Part shown: piece after piece, positions 22,665 through 37,737 of the stretch | Numbering within the stretch: the first letter of the stretch is position 1 | Layout of the letters: every line of letters begins with the position of its first letter | Origin: Phoronis australis | Lineage: Eukaryota > Animalia > Phoronida | Reading direction: 5' to 3' | DNA length: 64,000 nt | Assembly: GCA_002633005.1 (NCBI GenBank) | Contig: NMRA01000092.1 | Coordinates: 62,001-126,000 of the forward strand | Made by a program: the position numbers and the translations under genes | Notes under the pieces: model-generated | The model's input: the letters and a program-made list of their open reading frames with translations, nothing else | The model's database searches: none | What the model was told of the DNA's origin: nothing

Positions 22665-25600
22665 CTACATTACATAATTCTAAACACACGCACACCTACC
22701 AGGTAATATTAAAACATTTCAAATGAAAAGCATTCATTAAACATGTACTACCTCGGTTCTTCTACCTCGGCATAAATTACGCAATTAGGACCAGTACAAA
22801 TTAAACAATGACATAACACGTTCAAAAATGAAACTTGCCTTATTGCTGATACGTTCCGTTCCGTGCAATAACAGACAGTAATTCCTCACTTACTTAGCAC
22901 ACAACATGGTCGACAAGTGAAATCCTATTTTGCTAGATTTCTCCACATCATTAAAGATTAAGAACATATAAATTTATTTCAAGCACGATTTGCTGCCTGT
23001 AGATGTCATAACACATTTGCTAAAGTTCCCATTGTTTACAAAAAGGGAGTTGCCATTGAAAAGATGGAAAAATGACCATTTTGTTAATTATTATTGTATG
23101 AAACAAGTGCAGAATCGCTGTAGGTCTCACATGGCAAATTACCATATGGCACATGGGACAAACAACCAAGAGACTTCTGGAACACTACGGGGGAGAAATA
23201 TTTTGCACATTTGACCTGAAATTCCTTCCACATTCTGTTCAAAACGCATCTGCCTCCAATTAAAATGGCATTAAACCCATGTTAAAAAACAAGATTTTAT
23301 TTAGGCCATCACTATGAAATTGGCCTAGTCTTGTTCCTTAACTCAGTTTAGAAGCGAGCTCAGGAAGATTTACTGATAGTTAATTTTTTTGCAGAAGAAA
23401 TAATGAAATGTCAAGTCTTTTGTAGCCCGGAAATCGTTCCTCCATTCTGATTAAAGACTGGTTTGATACCACTTTTACAGCGGAAAGTAGCCCAACTCAA
23501 AATCTGATTTTTGACAGAAAACATGGGTTTAATCTTGTTTTAAAGCCACATGGTAAAAAATCCTAAACTTCAAGCTGGAATAAAATAATCAAGTTTGTGG
23601 TGGAGCAACTATGTTCAACACAGCCCACAGTGTACAAACGTGTGAGCAAAGGACGGCTGGCTTGCTGTATTAAAATTATGGCGTATATAGACATTCTTTC
23701 CAGATACTGGTACATAATGTATACATTTGTATATTTGCTTTGCATCATGGTATATTTATATAAAACCCTGGTTCTACTACACTTATCCTTCTTCTCCAGT
23801 ACTTGACTTAATGATTGTAAATTGAGGCATGGAGACTCCAGTGTCTTGCCTGTGCTTATTTAAACTGGGAAAATAAAAATATATAGAACTTCTCAATTCA
23901 TCTCTGCCTCTATTGTTGTACAGAACCTTATCCACAGGTATGTGCATACAACCAAATATCCTGAAAAGTCTAACATATAAAACTCGGAGTGTATTTTCTG
24001 AAAGTAGAAAAAACAACAGAATTTGATTTTTGTCAATTTGCCATTGGTTGAGTCACATAGCCCTGCATTTTTCTTAATATTTGGTATAAAAAAGGTACAT
24101 TTACAACATTTACATCAAAATACTGTCATCTATAACTAACATGATCAAATTTTGCTAAAAAAGTTCAAGATGAAATCTCAAAAATAACCATGTCAAAATT
24201 TTATAAACCATCTTTTAGATTTATACAACTTGATTTTTTTCAGTACAAAACAAGTCCTAAATTTGGATAGCTCCTCTTGCAAAATGGAGCGTTTTAAAAA
24301 CAATTTCAAACCACGTTTTGGAGAAAAATACGCAAAGCATAGTATCTGAAAGTTTCATTAGAATCCGATCACTCATGTCTGAAATATAACACTCCAAAGT
24401 TTGCTAAATTTGGACAAACCTCTAAGGTCCTACATAAACTGAAATGAGTTTTACAGTGAAAGCTCCTAAATACCAATACAAGAAACTATCCCAACCCACT
24501 TCTTTGATCATCTGGTCACTTAAAAAGACCACTTCACAACATAGCCATTGATAACCACTTACAATAATTTAATGCATTTATAGTAAAGAGGAATATTATT
24601 CAAAATTCTGCATCCGAAGAACTAGGAAGATTTAACAATACCACACAGCATAAGAGAGACTTCTATTGGCCGACAATTATCTATGGTGTTGTTGCACAAA
24701 TGAATGTCACAAAATGGTGTTCACAAGCACTTCATGGCCACCGAGCATCTGTTGAAAAGGACATTGCTTTCAGCCACATACATAAATTTGAAATGCAGTA
24801 AAAGACAAAGTAATCGCACTCAATACTGTTTTCTTGTCGAGACGAATAACTCTGTTAACATCAAAAATTACCGGTAATAACAATTAGGGAGGCAAAATTC
24901 AAATTACAGAGTGGCTTAACTACCTTACTAACTTTCCTGTCAAATCCCCTTCATTCTCAGTCACAAGGGAAGACTACTTGACAACAAATTCGACGTCTGC
25001 CCAGCTGTCCTTACGCAGAATTCCACATCATTTTGCCTGAATACTTTTGGCTTGCACTGTATGCCTAGAAGTTCGCATGTCCAATTTTGGATGACCACGC
25101 TGTGGACCAAACAAAGTTGGTCGATTGCTCCAGCAACTAGATTATCCGCTACAAACTTGATTAATACTGGTTAAAAAGCTGACCGTTCTGAGATGACCTC
25201 ATCACCTTGGTATGTGACTTGAAAATATACAAGCACCTGTGTCACAACTGGATCTCTAGCTATGTTCAACATGTTCTCAACCTTAACAAATACCATCTAA
25301 CTCTTATAAATATGGACTGACAGAGTGCTAGACTCCAACTGCGAATGATTAGAACAATGTTGGCAATGAATAAGCACCATTCCATTTTCTTGTTAAGTGC
25401 ACTTCACTTACAATTTAAAAAGATACAATCTATATAAAACCGTGAAAATGTATAGAAATATGAAGACATAAAAATTAACAAGACAACTCCAATGTACAAC
25501 CTTTATGCCACACATACATGTAGATACTGATAAGTAAAGAAAAATCTGGATAATCAGGGAAATTCGGCTGATTATACGAAAATGTGAACTGCATACAGCA

Positions 25601-26821
25601 AGCGAATTTGCAAGGTCGTTTCGTCTCCTGGTAGTGCTCAAGAGGTCAAGAGGCAACTAAGATCAAAAGGATAATTTTACCAATGTGGACTTTTCAGAAT
25701 GAATCAACTCATTACATACGGTAATTCTTCACTTATTTAGCACACTATATTGATGATAAGTGAAATACTATTTTATCAAATTCTTTCACAAAAATAAAGA
25801 TTGACAAAACGTTAGTCTGTTGCTAGCATAGTTTGTCATATCATACAACATTTGGTAACGGTTTCAATACTTGTAGCAAAAGTAATCACAAAATGACAAA
25901 CCGAAAATGACAATTTTGTCAATTATTTTTGTGCAAAATAAGTAGTAAAGAGTTACCGTAGAGACAGAGTGTGGTGGAAATCAATGACAAGACTTTACAG
26001 TAACTGAAAATTTTCCATAGTAATTTTTGGTGAAAACGGTAGCGAAGCATAGGATTATTTTTCACAAGGTGACCATTGAAAAGGTTGCTCTTCACAAATA
26101 TGACGACATTGAGCAGTACATTTAAGAATGGAAGTCCCCCTCCCATAAAAAAAAAATCATGACAGACTGCATATGAGACGCTTAAAGATTTACAAGCAAG
26201 TTTTATGTCAGTAAAATTTGTATACCAAATATGTATGCATCCTCAAACACCAAAAATCTAATGAACAAACTGTTCATCAGTTAGAATATTATTGACAAAT
26301 TACCAACCCTAGGCTTTTTCTTAATTAATTAAAAGGCACAAAACTGTATCTATGCACCTTTCTGATTTTGCCTTAGTTGCATTTGTAAAACTCTTAAAGT
26401 AACTGCGCATGCAGAACCACGAACAAGTTCACAATACTAGAAGAAAAACAACACTGCACGTGTTGTCTGCCCTTGTGTATAATGATATGTAGCACTCCAT
26501 CATAAACAAATAGGAAAATATCTTTCAGTACATCAATACACAAGATTGCATAGCGACATACAAGACTAAACTTGTCTGCGTTAACGCCCAAGGTGCAAGA
26601 ATTGGGAAATTGCAAAAACAGGGAATAGGCATTAAGTTTGAAAATCTCCGGGATGGCATTTAGCCGATCAAGGGCATTAACCCGGACAAGTTCAGTAATA
26701 ATGTATGCAGACTGTGTAGTCAATATTTATGGTCGTAGTGATATGTAGCATCCTATTTTAAACAAAACTCGAAAATATCTCACAATGCCCCCAGTGCACA
26801 AAACTGCAATTTACGTAACAA

Positions 26822-28102
26822 TTAGCACAGAGATTCCTCTCTAGGACATTTATCTATTAACTTTGCATTTGTACCTCGCTTTTCCAGTGTCAAATTTTGG
26901 ACTTGTGATTCAAGAACTTTATTCTTATGCATCATTTGAACGTAGTTTGACTGCAGCTGCTTCTGATAGCGAATCACTTTGTCCTTTTCTTCCAGCCATT
27001 GAAGCCGTTCATTTTCAAATAGCTCCCGCTGTTGTTTTATCTCACGATTACGCGATTCTAGTTCCTCTTTCAGACGTCTGCTGCCCGTGTCATTGTGTTC
27101 AGATGCAACACCAGATGTCTCACTATGTGATGTCACGTCACTCTTTTCCAGGCGAGACAGCCGTTCCTCGGCAACACTCAGTTCCTTCTGAAGTTGTTTG
27201 ACTAGACTTTCTTTGGCAACCAGATCATCTTTGGCTTTCAATAGTTGGTCCTTAAACAAAGCACAGTCTTGGTTACACGAATCAACTTTGGTTTGTGAAT
27301 CGCACAATTTCTCTTTCAAAATTGTCACTTCATTGCATTTTTCACTCAGGAGTGTATTAGCCTGATCTCTTTGAACAGCTGCAGTCTTCAAATCTTCACT
27401 TATTCGAGCCAACTGGTCTCCCATGTTCTCTTTAGTGTGCTTAACCAACTGCAAGTCAGTCTGCAGCTTCTCTTTATCCTGCTGAAGTTTATAAACTTGA
27501 AGCTGGAAGGCCTGTTCCATTTTATAAGCATCCTGTTGTTGGATATTCAGTCGACGCTGAAAATCAGCACTTAAATCCTGGATTTCCATTTGCCACATGT
27601 GATATTTTTCTTCTGCGACTTGAAAAATAACGCGTTCGTTGTGTTCCATGGTCTCCCGTAGATGCATGATTTCTGCATCCTTTTCTCGTAGTATCATTTC
27701 CAGTTCACTGACACCAGAGTCACTAGGGGATGGTGTTTGCATGTAACCAGCCACGTGATTGGAGGATACTAGTCCAGGATTGGAAGAGTTTTTCGACTCT
27801 GGCCTATCACATGGTGCTTTAGAATCAACACTGGCAAAGCTGACAGTAGCTTCATGATGATCCAGCTGCAGAGACGCAACAGAAACTTGAGAGACAATAG
27901 ATGCACTATGGCTTCCCTGAGATAAGTATCCGTCGTCGTGGCTGGTCGACTTATAGCCACCATCTTGAGAATTTGACTTGACACTAGCTGGTCGACTGCT
28001 GGACTCATCACCAGACGGATGTGCTGGTGAACTCACGTAACTGTTTGGCCTTGGGAGAACAGGCTTGAACGCAATTGGCCTGAGAACCACTTGATCTTGT
28101 GA
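26822..28102 (-). CDS. LZTS2: LZTS-family (leucine zipper putative tumor suppressor / FEZ1-type coiled coil) protein, last coding exon
   Basis: Acceptor tattttcag|TCA, phase 0. Contains VLRPIAFKPVLP, PSPSDSG..ELE..LREKDAEI..LRETME.NE..IFQV.EEK, a long coiled coil and FENERLQWLEEKDKVIRYQKQLQSNYVQM, all recalled LZTS1/2/3/N4BP3 signatures. TAA at 26824-26822. Symbol is used in the family sense. Confidence 0.92.
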   Translation of the reverse strand, partial: SQDQVVLRPIAFKPVLPRPNSYVSSPAHPSGDESSSRPASVKSNSQDGGYKSTSHDDGYLSQGSHSASIVSQVSVASLQLDHHEATVSFASVDSKAPCDRPESKNSSNPGLVSSNHVAGYMQTPSPSDSGVSELEMILREKDAEIMHLRETMEHNERVIFQVAEEKYHMWQMEIQDLSADFQRRLNIQQQDAYKMEQAFQLQVYKLQQDKEKLQTDLQLVKHTKENMGDQLARISEDLKTAAVQRDQANTLLSEKCNEVTILKEKLCDSQTKVDSCNQDCALFKDQLLKAKDDLVAKESLVKQLQKELSVAEERLSRLEKSDVTSHSETSGVASEHNDTGSRRLKEELESRNREIKQQRELFENERLQWLEEKDKVIRYQKQLQSNYVQMMHKNKVLESQVQNLTLEKRGTNAKLIDKCPREESLC

Positions 28103-31100
28103 CTGAAAATATAAAGGTTATTTTCACTAAATCAGACTGTCATGTTATACCAAAGCACTGAAGTGACCCTTATTTGATGAAATTACGTGCTTCTCTGGGT
28201 TAATGCCCAGGCTGCATAAATTGGCAAATTCAAATAAGAGGGGTAGGGCATTAAGCCAAGCATAGCGTTTGCCGTAAAAACAAAATTTTTGAAAACTCAA
28301 GGATGGGCAATTTGTTTATACAAATACCATTTTTGCACACAAGAACCATGATGAAATGCATTACCGATAAGATTTTCACTTCTGGTTCAGTAAAAAGTGG
28401 GTATTTTTCGTTCGAATACGACAAGGTGCCACTGAACTAACTGTTTGTTACCCAAAGTGAGTTCAGTGTGTTTGGAGCTAAAATTCTAACGAGATGAACA
28501 TTTCGATAGACACTAAAACTACTGCATCGTAGAACTTGTGGGGCTAGCACTAATCTGAGCACCGGTATAACAGTGAGAACTGTGGGCGTGGCAAAATACG
28601 AGTGTTAACCCCGACAAAAAAGGCTTTGGAGATAAATGTGGATGACAATTACCATAACGACGATGACAAAAGGTAATGAAACTGATTAAAAACATAAAAA
28701 CTCTGAAAGAAATGGATGCAGGATGTCAAAGACGATAAAACAAAGTGTGACAACAAAAATGATAAACTAAAGGTTTAATTTTGGAGTCGGACAAGGTTTG
28801 ATCACCACTGTAGAATATATGGTAATTCTCAACAACATGCCAGAAACATTAAAAAAAAAATTAAATTTCTCAATATAGACAGATGATATTGAAATATTTC
28901 ATAATTTTTGTACTGCACAGATGTCAAAAAAAAAACATTTTCAGCAATGTAATCACATCAGAAAAACAACCATAATGGCAATCATTTTGGGCAAAATTAG
29001 TGAAAAATGACAGGTGGTAAAAGGAAGATCAGGTTGATGACTCACAACATTCAGCTCCATGTATATTATAATGGTGTCAATGTACACAAAATCACAATGG
29101 GGTGGTTACATACTGTCTCCAGCTAGTAAACACACTGATTCTACATAGCAACATGAAACTGTCACAGCTGCTGGCTAAACACATGTAAACAAAAACAACA
29201 TTATCTCTGGAAGGACTTTTTACAGTTTGGTTTAGCAATCTAGTTTTGCTCTCCAACTTCACAAGTGCTGAATAAAGATTTAGCCATTAAAATTACCGGT
29301 AAGAGCGCATCACATAGACATTATCTCTGTAATTAGCAGTAATGCGAATATTGTCAGAGACTGTACTTTTGCTCAACTGAAATTTGTTTTTCAGAAATGG
29401 TTAACTGGAGCATAAGACAAAATATCTGTCTGTAGTTAAGTCACTTTTAATGAAACTGACCCCCTGACCCCCTGACATTATAAAGAACTGGCAGCTTCTT
29501 TATTCCTCAAGACCATGCTTAGGGCGCATAAAGTGACCCCAACATGACAAGTCAACTTGCTAATCTCAAGGAATAACAAACCGGTAGTTCTTTTCAAGCT
29601 CAAAATCGCGCTTAATTTCACTAAGGAACAATTTGAGACCAATTTGACAGTGGTTAGTGGTCTGAATCAAAATTTGTTTTTTGTGACAGCTAGCAGATTT
29701 AAGAATTTTGCCGGAGCACATCATGGACCACGGGTCTAATCTTATGCTCAAATGAAATTATATATGACATTTTCCATTCAAGATAAATATTCGTGGTTTA
29801 CCTAGACGACAGTATAGTCCTAGACTGAACATCATGACCCCAGCATTGATATTGTAAGTCAAGAGTCTGAACTCCAAATGTCAAGTTTTTACTCCTTCAA
29901 ATCTAGGGGTCACCAAGTGCACCCATGGACCAGACGCACATTAGCTTATATCGTAACATACCGGAGCACAGAAAAACGCACAATTATCTGGATTTTGTGT
30001 CAAGTAAAGTTCTACTTTAAGTACAAAAACTTCAGGCCCTATTCTCTCCATTTACACTAACCATCTGGACAACATTCGTGGGTGTTGTGCCCACTTATGT
30101 GTTAGCCACCAAGAGTTAGTGAAGCAAGCACAACTAGACTGCCTTCAACTACAGGGCCAAGGAACGATTCAATGTCAGGACCCGATTAATTCTCATGTTT
30201 GGCACATTGCCCACCTCCAAAATGTTTGCTTGTAGACACCCTTGTTTGGTTTATCACCAAACCTCAATTACTATGAGCAGGGCTTCAGTGGGAGCACTCG
30301 TATCTTTGTGAATTCTCGTCTCACAGGAATTCAAGCACACAAAATGTAACAAAATCCCTTATACTTGAGTAATAAAACTGTCCGAGTTAGAGCAGCATTT
30401 TGCCATTTTTGGGTAAGAAAATTCTTGTACTTTCCTACAATGTCATATTACCCGAGTCCCACATGTTTACCCAAGTGACCGTCCGTGTAAAGGCTTACCC
30501 CTTGCCTTCTCCAAAACTTTATTTTAATTGCCCTTACTCGGTACAACGTTCAACCTCAGATTTTTTGTTAAATAATTTCAGAGCCCCTTGGCATTAACCC
30601 GACAGGTATGGCAAATAAGCTGATGGGACCTCTGAATCCAGTAGTAGACTTTGTAAACATTACAGTCAAAGAACAAAGCTGGTTGTCAAACAGAGCGATC
30701 AACTGCTATCTTACGAAGAACAGTTGTAATCGCAGGTGATTGGCTAGAGTGTTTATGAGCCTGGCGGCTGTTTCTCTGCCCTGCATAATTACAAGGCTAC
30801 CAAGACAACAAGAAACATGCCCAGAAATACAACCCAAATGGTGTTGATAAACTTGACCTCATGGGGTTGATGTGTTTATAAGCGAGTGTTTCAGTAACTC
30901 AGTAACAAACCGGCCTTTGGGATAGATGTCCTTCCTTGAGATGGCGCTTGTGAGAAATTTCAATTCGAGAAAAATAACAGGTCAATTAATCATGCGCCAA
31001 TTCTCAAAACCTAACTTTTGATTGGAACTACTCAACGGCATGACATCAGCCTTATCTTTTCTATTACAGAGTCAGATTAGAAATGAATTCAAGACTTGAG

Positions 31101-34100
31101 AAGAACTGACAGGTCACTACTGCATCAGATCATGCCCCCAGTCTCTTGTAAGAGTAGGTTACAGTAGCCATCAATTTCTGCAGATTTATTGGAACCAATT
31201 TCGACTCAAACAAAGGAGAAAAACGTAACAACACTGCTTCGGAAGAGAAAATTATCTTAATAACAAAGTTGATGCATTTAACATCAGATCACGGTTTACA
31301 CCAGCTTTAAAATCATCCTTGCTGCAGACCAACTCCTAATGTCTAATATCCCTTACGGTGGTGCATTAAAATACTTGCGCAATAATAGCCAGGTGCTAAC
31401 TTGCACAGGATGAGAATTGAGAAGCACCTGCTGCAATGACTATTGATACAAGATTATTGAATTGAAAATGGACAGGTTTCAAAGGAAACAGTTATGCGTG
31501 CTGATAAAATATAATCTTAATCATTAGTCGATTTTGTGAGTGATTAGGCTAGAGATGTGACAAAACATCTGTTAAGTTAGAGCAATAACCATTCAAGATT
31601 GTCTAAAATACGCATTTTCCACCAAATGATTAAGGGCTTGTTATCAAATAGTTTGAGCCAGAAAGCAAAAGCACGGTAGCTTTAAGACAAGCAACAAATA
31701 TTTCACATTTCAGTCTGTCTGCGTACTTTACTGAAGAGAGTCACTATAAATCGTTCACAATTTCTCCTCATTTTCCTCAGTTCAAAGAGGTGACTCCGCA
31801 ACACCTGGTGACCTAACCTATGTACGCCAACACAAGGGAAAGCCAAGCTGACATTTCAAAGTTTGGCTAAAGTGTTTATCCATTCTAAATGTCACTGATT
31901 GAAGATATGAGGGGGATGGTCTGATAACAAGGAGTGAAGCAAAAAGTAGTAATGTATCTGAAAGAGTTGTCAGGAGCAATATAAATACAAACCATGCCCA
32001 AAATATAATAACTCTCCACATATTTTGTACAAAAATAATTGCCAAAATCGTCATTTTTCTGTTTTTCAAAGTCTGATTACTAAAATAATGGAAATTAACT
32101 CGTATGTTATTTTGTGACATCTACATAGCACAAAACAAGTTGTTAATAGACTAAAAAGTGTTTACCGTAATCTTTATTTTTAAGGAAAAATTTGACAAGA
32201 TAGAACTTCAATTGTCGGCAATATTGCACGCCAAATAAGTGAATAGTTATCGTATGTGATACATAACAAAGTACATTGTTGCTATAAAAACCAATAGAAG
32301 ACTGTTTTCATTTGATCCAAGATCGCACAAAATCCTGCAAGTGGAAAGCGAGTGTTTCGTGGAACCTTACTAGCATAGACTAACTAGCAAAATGGCAGCC
32401 GCTCAAGTCAGTGATAGGTTGGCAAGGCTGGAATGTTGACTTATGGGATAGAATTGTCTGCTTGTAAGTGAAGATTTCTGGTCTTTATATTTATGGAGCA
32501 TGGGACTGATCATACATTTACATGACAAGCAAATAAGTATCAATATTCATTCATAAAACTGAACTACCTACCAACTACACAGGTATTTTTATCAAGAAAA
32601 TTTCAGTGTACGTGGTGCCAACGGATGATAAACGGTACAAATAAGCTTTGTTAGAATTTACTATATTCCATTATCGAAAATGGGAAGCAAATCTGTGGAT
32701 CCCACGACACCAGGGGTCAATACACATTTGGTGTCTGTCTGGAGCTAAATCTACCATTATTAAATTACCACATTTTTGCCAACACAATGAACTATGGACC
32801 TAACCAAACACACGTGATCTCAGCAGCATCCATCTCAGAGACTACCTTTGGCTAAAAAAATAATAGGCGGAAATTACCAGTTGAGCTTTCACAAGAAGAG
32901 AGCTGTTATTTTGATGGGGTTCAAAGCGCAGTTGGCAAATTAGAATACCTACCACATTACAGATTAAACAAAAAAGGTGTCCCAATACAGGAAGATTCAC
33001 TGCTCATATGGCTGGATATTTCACGGTCAAATTCGACCTTAAGGGAAACTGAGACATTCCAAATGTACACATCGCAATCCAAAATGGACGCTTCTCATGG
33101 TCAATTCCAGGTAAATTGCCCTCATTTCAGTGATTATGCAGTCAGAGTCTTGATGTAAGCCCAACATTGCCAACAGGATAAGCTAGACTTTCCTATAGTA
33201 AACACCCATATGGACATTCCAGTTTTAATATATTCAGTTTCATTGAGATACCTTAATACCACTATTGGGCCAAGAATGAGCGGGAAATCCATAGGTCAGA
33301 TAAGGGAGAATGAGGGCTTGCAACGTGTGTCTTCCAAGCAGATGAAAACCGTAGACAATGTGTACATTTTCAATTGTTGTCCTTGACTCCTTGGGAAGTT
33401 TTGATCAGCTGTGCTAGCTTGTTGGCCATCTTCAATTGATGCATGGAATACGGCAATTCTTTAAGTATTTCGCACAAAAATAATTGCCAAAATTGACATT
33501 TGTCATAGGCTTGTAGCAAATAATGGGAAGATTACCAAATGTTCAACAGCATCTACACACTATAACTGAATTATAACAGGAGCAGTGAAAATGTGATAAT
33601 GATAGACTAAAGTTTTCTCGACCTTAATCTCTATTATAGTTGTAAAAATGGCAAACATAAAATTTCAGTCTTCCATCATGAGTCAAATAGGAGAAGAGAT
33701 ACGAGCGAGCGGCCATGCCATCATTTTTAATGGCCATTGTCTGTCGTCTATACCTTTCAAGCTGGTGGTTACAACCCATGCAGAGGCAAGATTTCTTACA
33801 TTTTGTAATCTTGCTCGACCTAGCTTATCTCGTCTGGTTAAAGCTTCCAGGTTGTAGAGAAAATTAGAATGCAAAATTCTCAGACTCAAGGTAGAAATCA
33901 GAGTAAAGTCAAATGGAAGTCCAACACCTTGAGCCATGCACAACATGTTGGTTGTCTATTTCTGGTTTGGGTCAGTAGTGCGGGCAAAGCCCAGTGGTTA
34001 ATCCTAGTAAAACACACTTTTTAATTGTATTAATAGTCTCAGCACTGTATGTTCATTTCATTCATTCAACATGAAATATCTCATGCTGCTACAAACATTC

Positions 34101-36187
34101 AATGAAAGGAGTGGTTGGTGATGCATGTGGTTACTGAGTAAATTTTGCAACGTACCTTACCCCTCCCCCCACCCCCCTCCCTCCAAAAATCATAAAAATG
34201 TATTTAATTCATTTTGTGACCAATAAGTGGAGAGTTACCATAACATCAAGCAAGGAAATACCTTCTTAGGCAGATATTCATCTTGACATTGTGATGGTAA
34301 ACTTCTGTTATGATAATGCCCATTAGCTCAGCCTTAACCCCTGGAGGCAATAACCCAAACACTAATAACTGAGCACCCATCTATCAAGAGATATGGCACA
34401 GGATAATGCCAGACAAACAGCTTTAAAACCGGGTTACTTACACGTAATATATTATATCTCTTGATATCGGAACAGGCTATCTCTCCACGTATATACACAC
34501 AGTTTTATCAAGCAGTTAACCTCTGCGCAAAGGCGAAACGCTTTTAAATCTTAATTTAATTGACGAATCAATTTTGCTAACTCAAAATAAGATCCCTGAA
34601 CAAACGGACTGAAAAACTCAGAAATCAGGACACAATTGGTGGTCTTATCACAGCATACAGCATACTGTTTCATGACTCTAACCTTGCACTGTGACAGTAA
34701 TCTTTTCCAAAAGAACTAGCCAGCAAACTGACGTATTCCCAATAAACTTTAAAAGAAGAATTTCTTACCAGGACAATACTGCGAGTTAAATCAGGCGGGT
34801 CGACCATTGTTTCCCTCACAACCATCAACTACTCACTGATATCAGTGTCAGACTGAACAACTGTATGAATCACCTTTAACCCTTGACCTTGTCAAAGGAA
34901 ATTACTGCTGCTATAGGGGTCAAGTCAGGAGGGCAATTTATTTAATTATGGGAGAATACTAGAATTTACCATTGTGTAAGAAAAACAGCTCTGAACATCT
35001 GTTCAGATGCGGGTGAACTATGCTTCCAACTGGGTAAAGCTAAAACAGTAAAGCAAAAAAATATCCATGTAATTGAATACATACCATGTCAGGAATTATG
35101 GAGCGCTGTCAAATCGACACAAACCAGTTTGTGAGGGGGAACTCATCTACCGATGACTAGGGAGCGACAACATGAGTCAAGAGATACACGGCCTTTGCTG
35201 CCTTTGCGTAATTCGGGTAGTTTATACCAAGTGCAAACACAGTCAATAGATAGTCAGTTTGGACTCTTACTTGTACTAGGTCAAGAAGCTGGCAAACTTT
35301 ACACAACAGCTGATTGAATTGTAACACTCCCTCAAACGGCAGACGAGCAGATGGGTTGACTGGAGCAGACGGTGCCTAATCAAATTAAGTTTTCATTTCA
35401 TGGAGCTAACAAATATGGTGAGAACACAACAACACACTGGGTTGTATGCATGATGAAATTCTTTAATTTTAAATACCATGGATACTTTTCATTTTAATGA
35501 AGAAAATGAACATTTTGAAAGTTCTTACTAAATAATTAATGTGTCATAACACGACTACCCATACCTTAAAAGTTTTGATGTAGAATTTTCAGTATAATCA
35601 TAATGTAATTAGTCATAGAAAACGTAAAATCTACAATCAATTGTGAGCAAACAAACCAAGATTTCGCTATTGAAAAAATATTCAATTTTCTAAAAAACTG
35701 TTTTCTGAATTCTAGAACAAATGAAACCATTTGTTTTACTTTAATGTAAACTGGTCAGACCAAAATTGATGGACATGCCATCAAAAGAAACATCCTTAAC
35801 TCCAAGAAGTGCAAATTTTTCAGTCTCTCACAGTTTTAGATTGGATTACAGAAACTCACTTCAATAACCATTTAATATAAATACTAAATGAAACTTTGCC
35901 AGAAGTCTTTCTAATTTTGTGTTTCAACTCCACAACCTTAAACCGTACATTTACAAACACTCAGAATTTCGAATTTCAAATCTTTAAGCAAGTTCAAATT
36001 CACTTCTCAGTATCTATGATCGTTGAAATGTATCCATTTTCCACAAACAACAACAATTTCTTTATCACCCAAGGTCTCTGTCTGCCACATTACACGTTGT
36101 GCTAACACCCATTAACATAATGTATTCGTCAGTCTATTGCTAAAATACATTTAATTTTATTTGTAACCATAACATGAACCTAAGCAA

Positions 36188-36415
36188 GCAGTATGGCCAA
36201 ATGTGATAGGTGCCTGCTTTCTTTACATGAGGTCGAGGGTTCGAGTCGCACTGGGTCACACTGCTTAGACCCAGGTCCCTGGAGTCAGGTTTCTAATGAG
36301 CTCCGTTTTTTAATAAAGCATGAAAATCGTTCCAGGTGATCAGTGCAATGGGCCCACATACGCGGCCTGCGCACGTCTGGTACAACGTGTATCAGACCGT
36401 TGCAATTATTTTTTA
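36188..36415 (+). mobile_element. tRNA-derived SINE-like element
   Basis: A-box-like tggccaaatgtg (~36194) and B-box ggttcgagtc (36238-36247) at tRNA spacing, no intact cloverleaf, AT-rich tail. The 3' boundary is uncertain. Confidence 0.45.
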
Positions 36416-37737
36416 TAAAACATGAACCTCATCTTCATATAAAACAACTTAATAGATCTTGCTAAACCATAGCAATAACTCACAAAAATTACGCTGATCA
36501 TTGAATCAGCTTGCTATTGGTCAAGTGGAGTTTAACTTGAAGGGAAAAGGCTTTTATTTAATAAAATCTGCAGGGTGACCACAACACATTGACCCCTGCT
36601 AGGTCCACAAAAGAGTTCAGCCTCAACAATTGAATTTAATTTAGGCCTACTCTAAGCATTCTACATGAATAAATGGCCAGTCTCGTTATGTAATATTTTT
36701 AAACTTGAAATGAATAAGTTGCGTCAGGAGTACTCCACACCCCAATATACAGAGAAGCGGCCACAATACCGCCCTTGTTAACATAACCCACAAAAAACAA
36801 ATGGATGACGCCTGAGTGGAACAAGTGTATAACAAGTGTGCAAAACACACACATGGGTTTGTGGTACATTATGGCCGCTGAACCAACAAGTAACACTAGA
36901 TGGGCTGACTCATACACTTACACACAGCCTCGATTGTTGTGGTTATAGGCACAATCACTTGACTGTTTTATAGTTGAATGTTCTCTGCAACAGATCAACA
37001 TGGTGAACAAATCAAGGGACCAAGTGCCTGAAAGAGGGGTCTCACCTCTTTGTCCTCTCAGGGTAGAGAAACAATGCAGTTGCCAGAGGCATAAATAAAC
37101 TCTGAATTATCATCATTATGAGTCAGGGACAGACCCTGGTGCACCATTTATCTGTGACCCCAGCATGTACAGAATTCAGACACTAGATTTAGAAATTTGG
37201 GAGGGGGCAGGGTTTTTGGCTAGGGCCACATGATTTTGACCAAACTGCTATAGCGTTATACCCAGTCCTGCTTGCTAGATTCAGAAGTGTGGAACTAATT
37301 AATCGTCTCTGCTCCAAGTGCTCCCTCTTTCTCCAAAGCATCAAACAACTTTTAGTTATTGATTTTTGGAAAGGTTCTTTTTGCCTGGTCATAGGTAAAA
37401 TAAGTCATAGATAAGCAACTATGACAGCAACAGTGTGTTTTATAAGAACAAAATAAACAATTATCATTAATTTGATCGTAGTCTGGATTCACACTTAACA
37501 ACCATCTTCCTAAAACACTTACATGAAGTACGCCAGTGAAAACCACATTACAGCCTACGACAAAATAATTAAGCCCCGGAAAAACGGGCAGCATGCAACA
37601 ATGATAAAATATTGCACCACGAAAATGCCAAAAAATATGAGTTATTTATTGAACAAAAAGGTTCAACTACCATGGTGCACTGATGAGATGTAATCAACTC
37701 AAGTGATTATACGAAGCCTTTGTAGGAAGAGGAAATG

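Noticed and set aside
36188-36262. Functional tRNA gene
   Set aside because: A- and B-box-like motifs are present, but acceptor and anticodon stems cannot be formed convincingly; more consistent with a SINE head.
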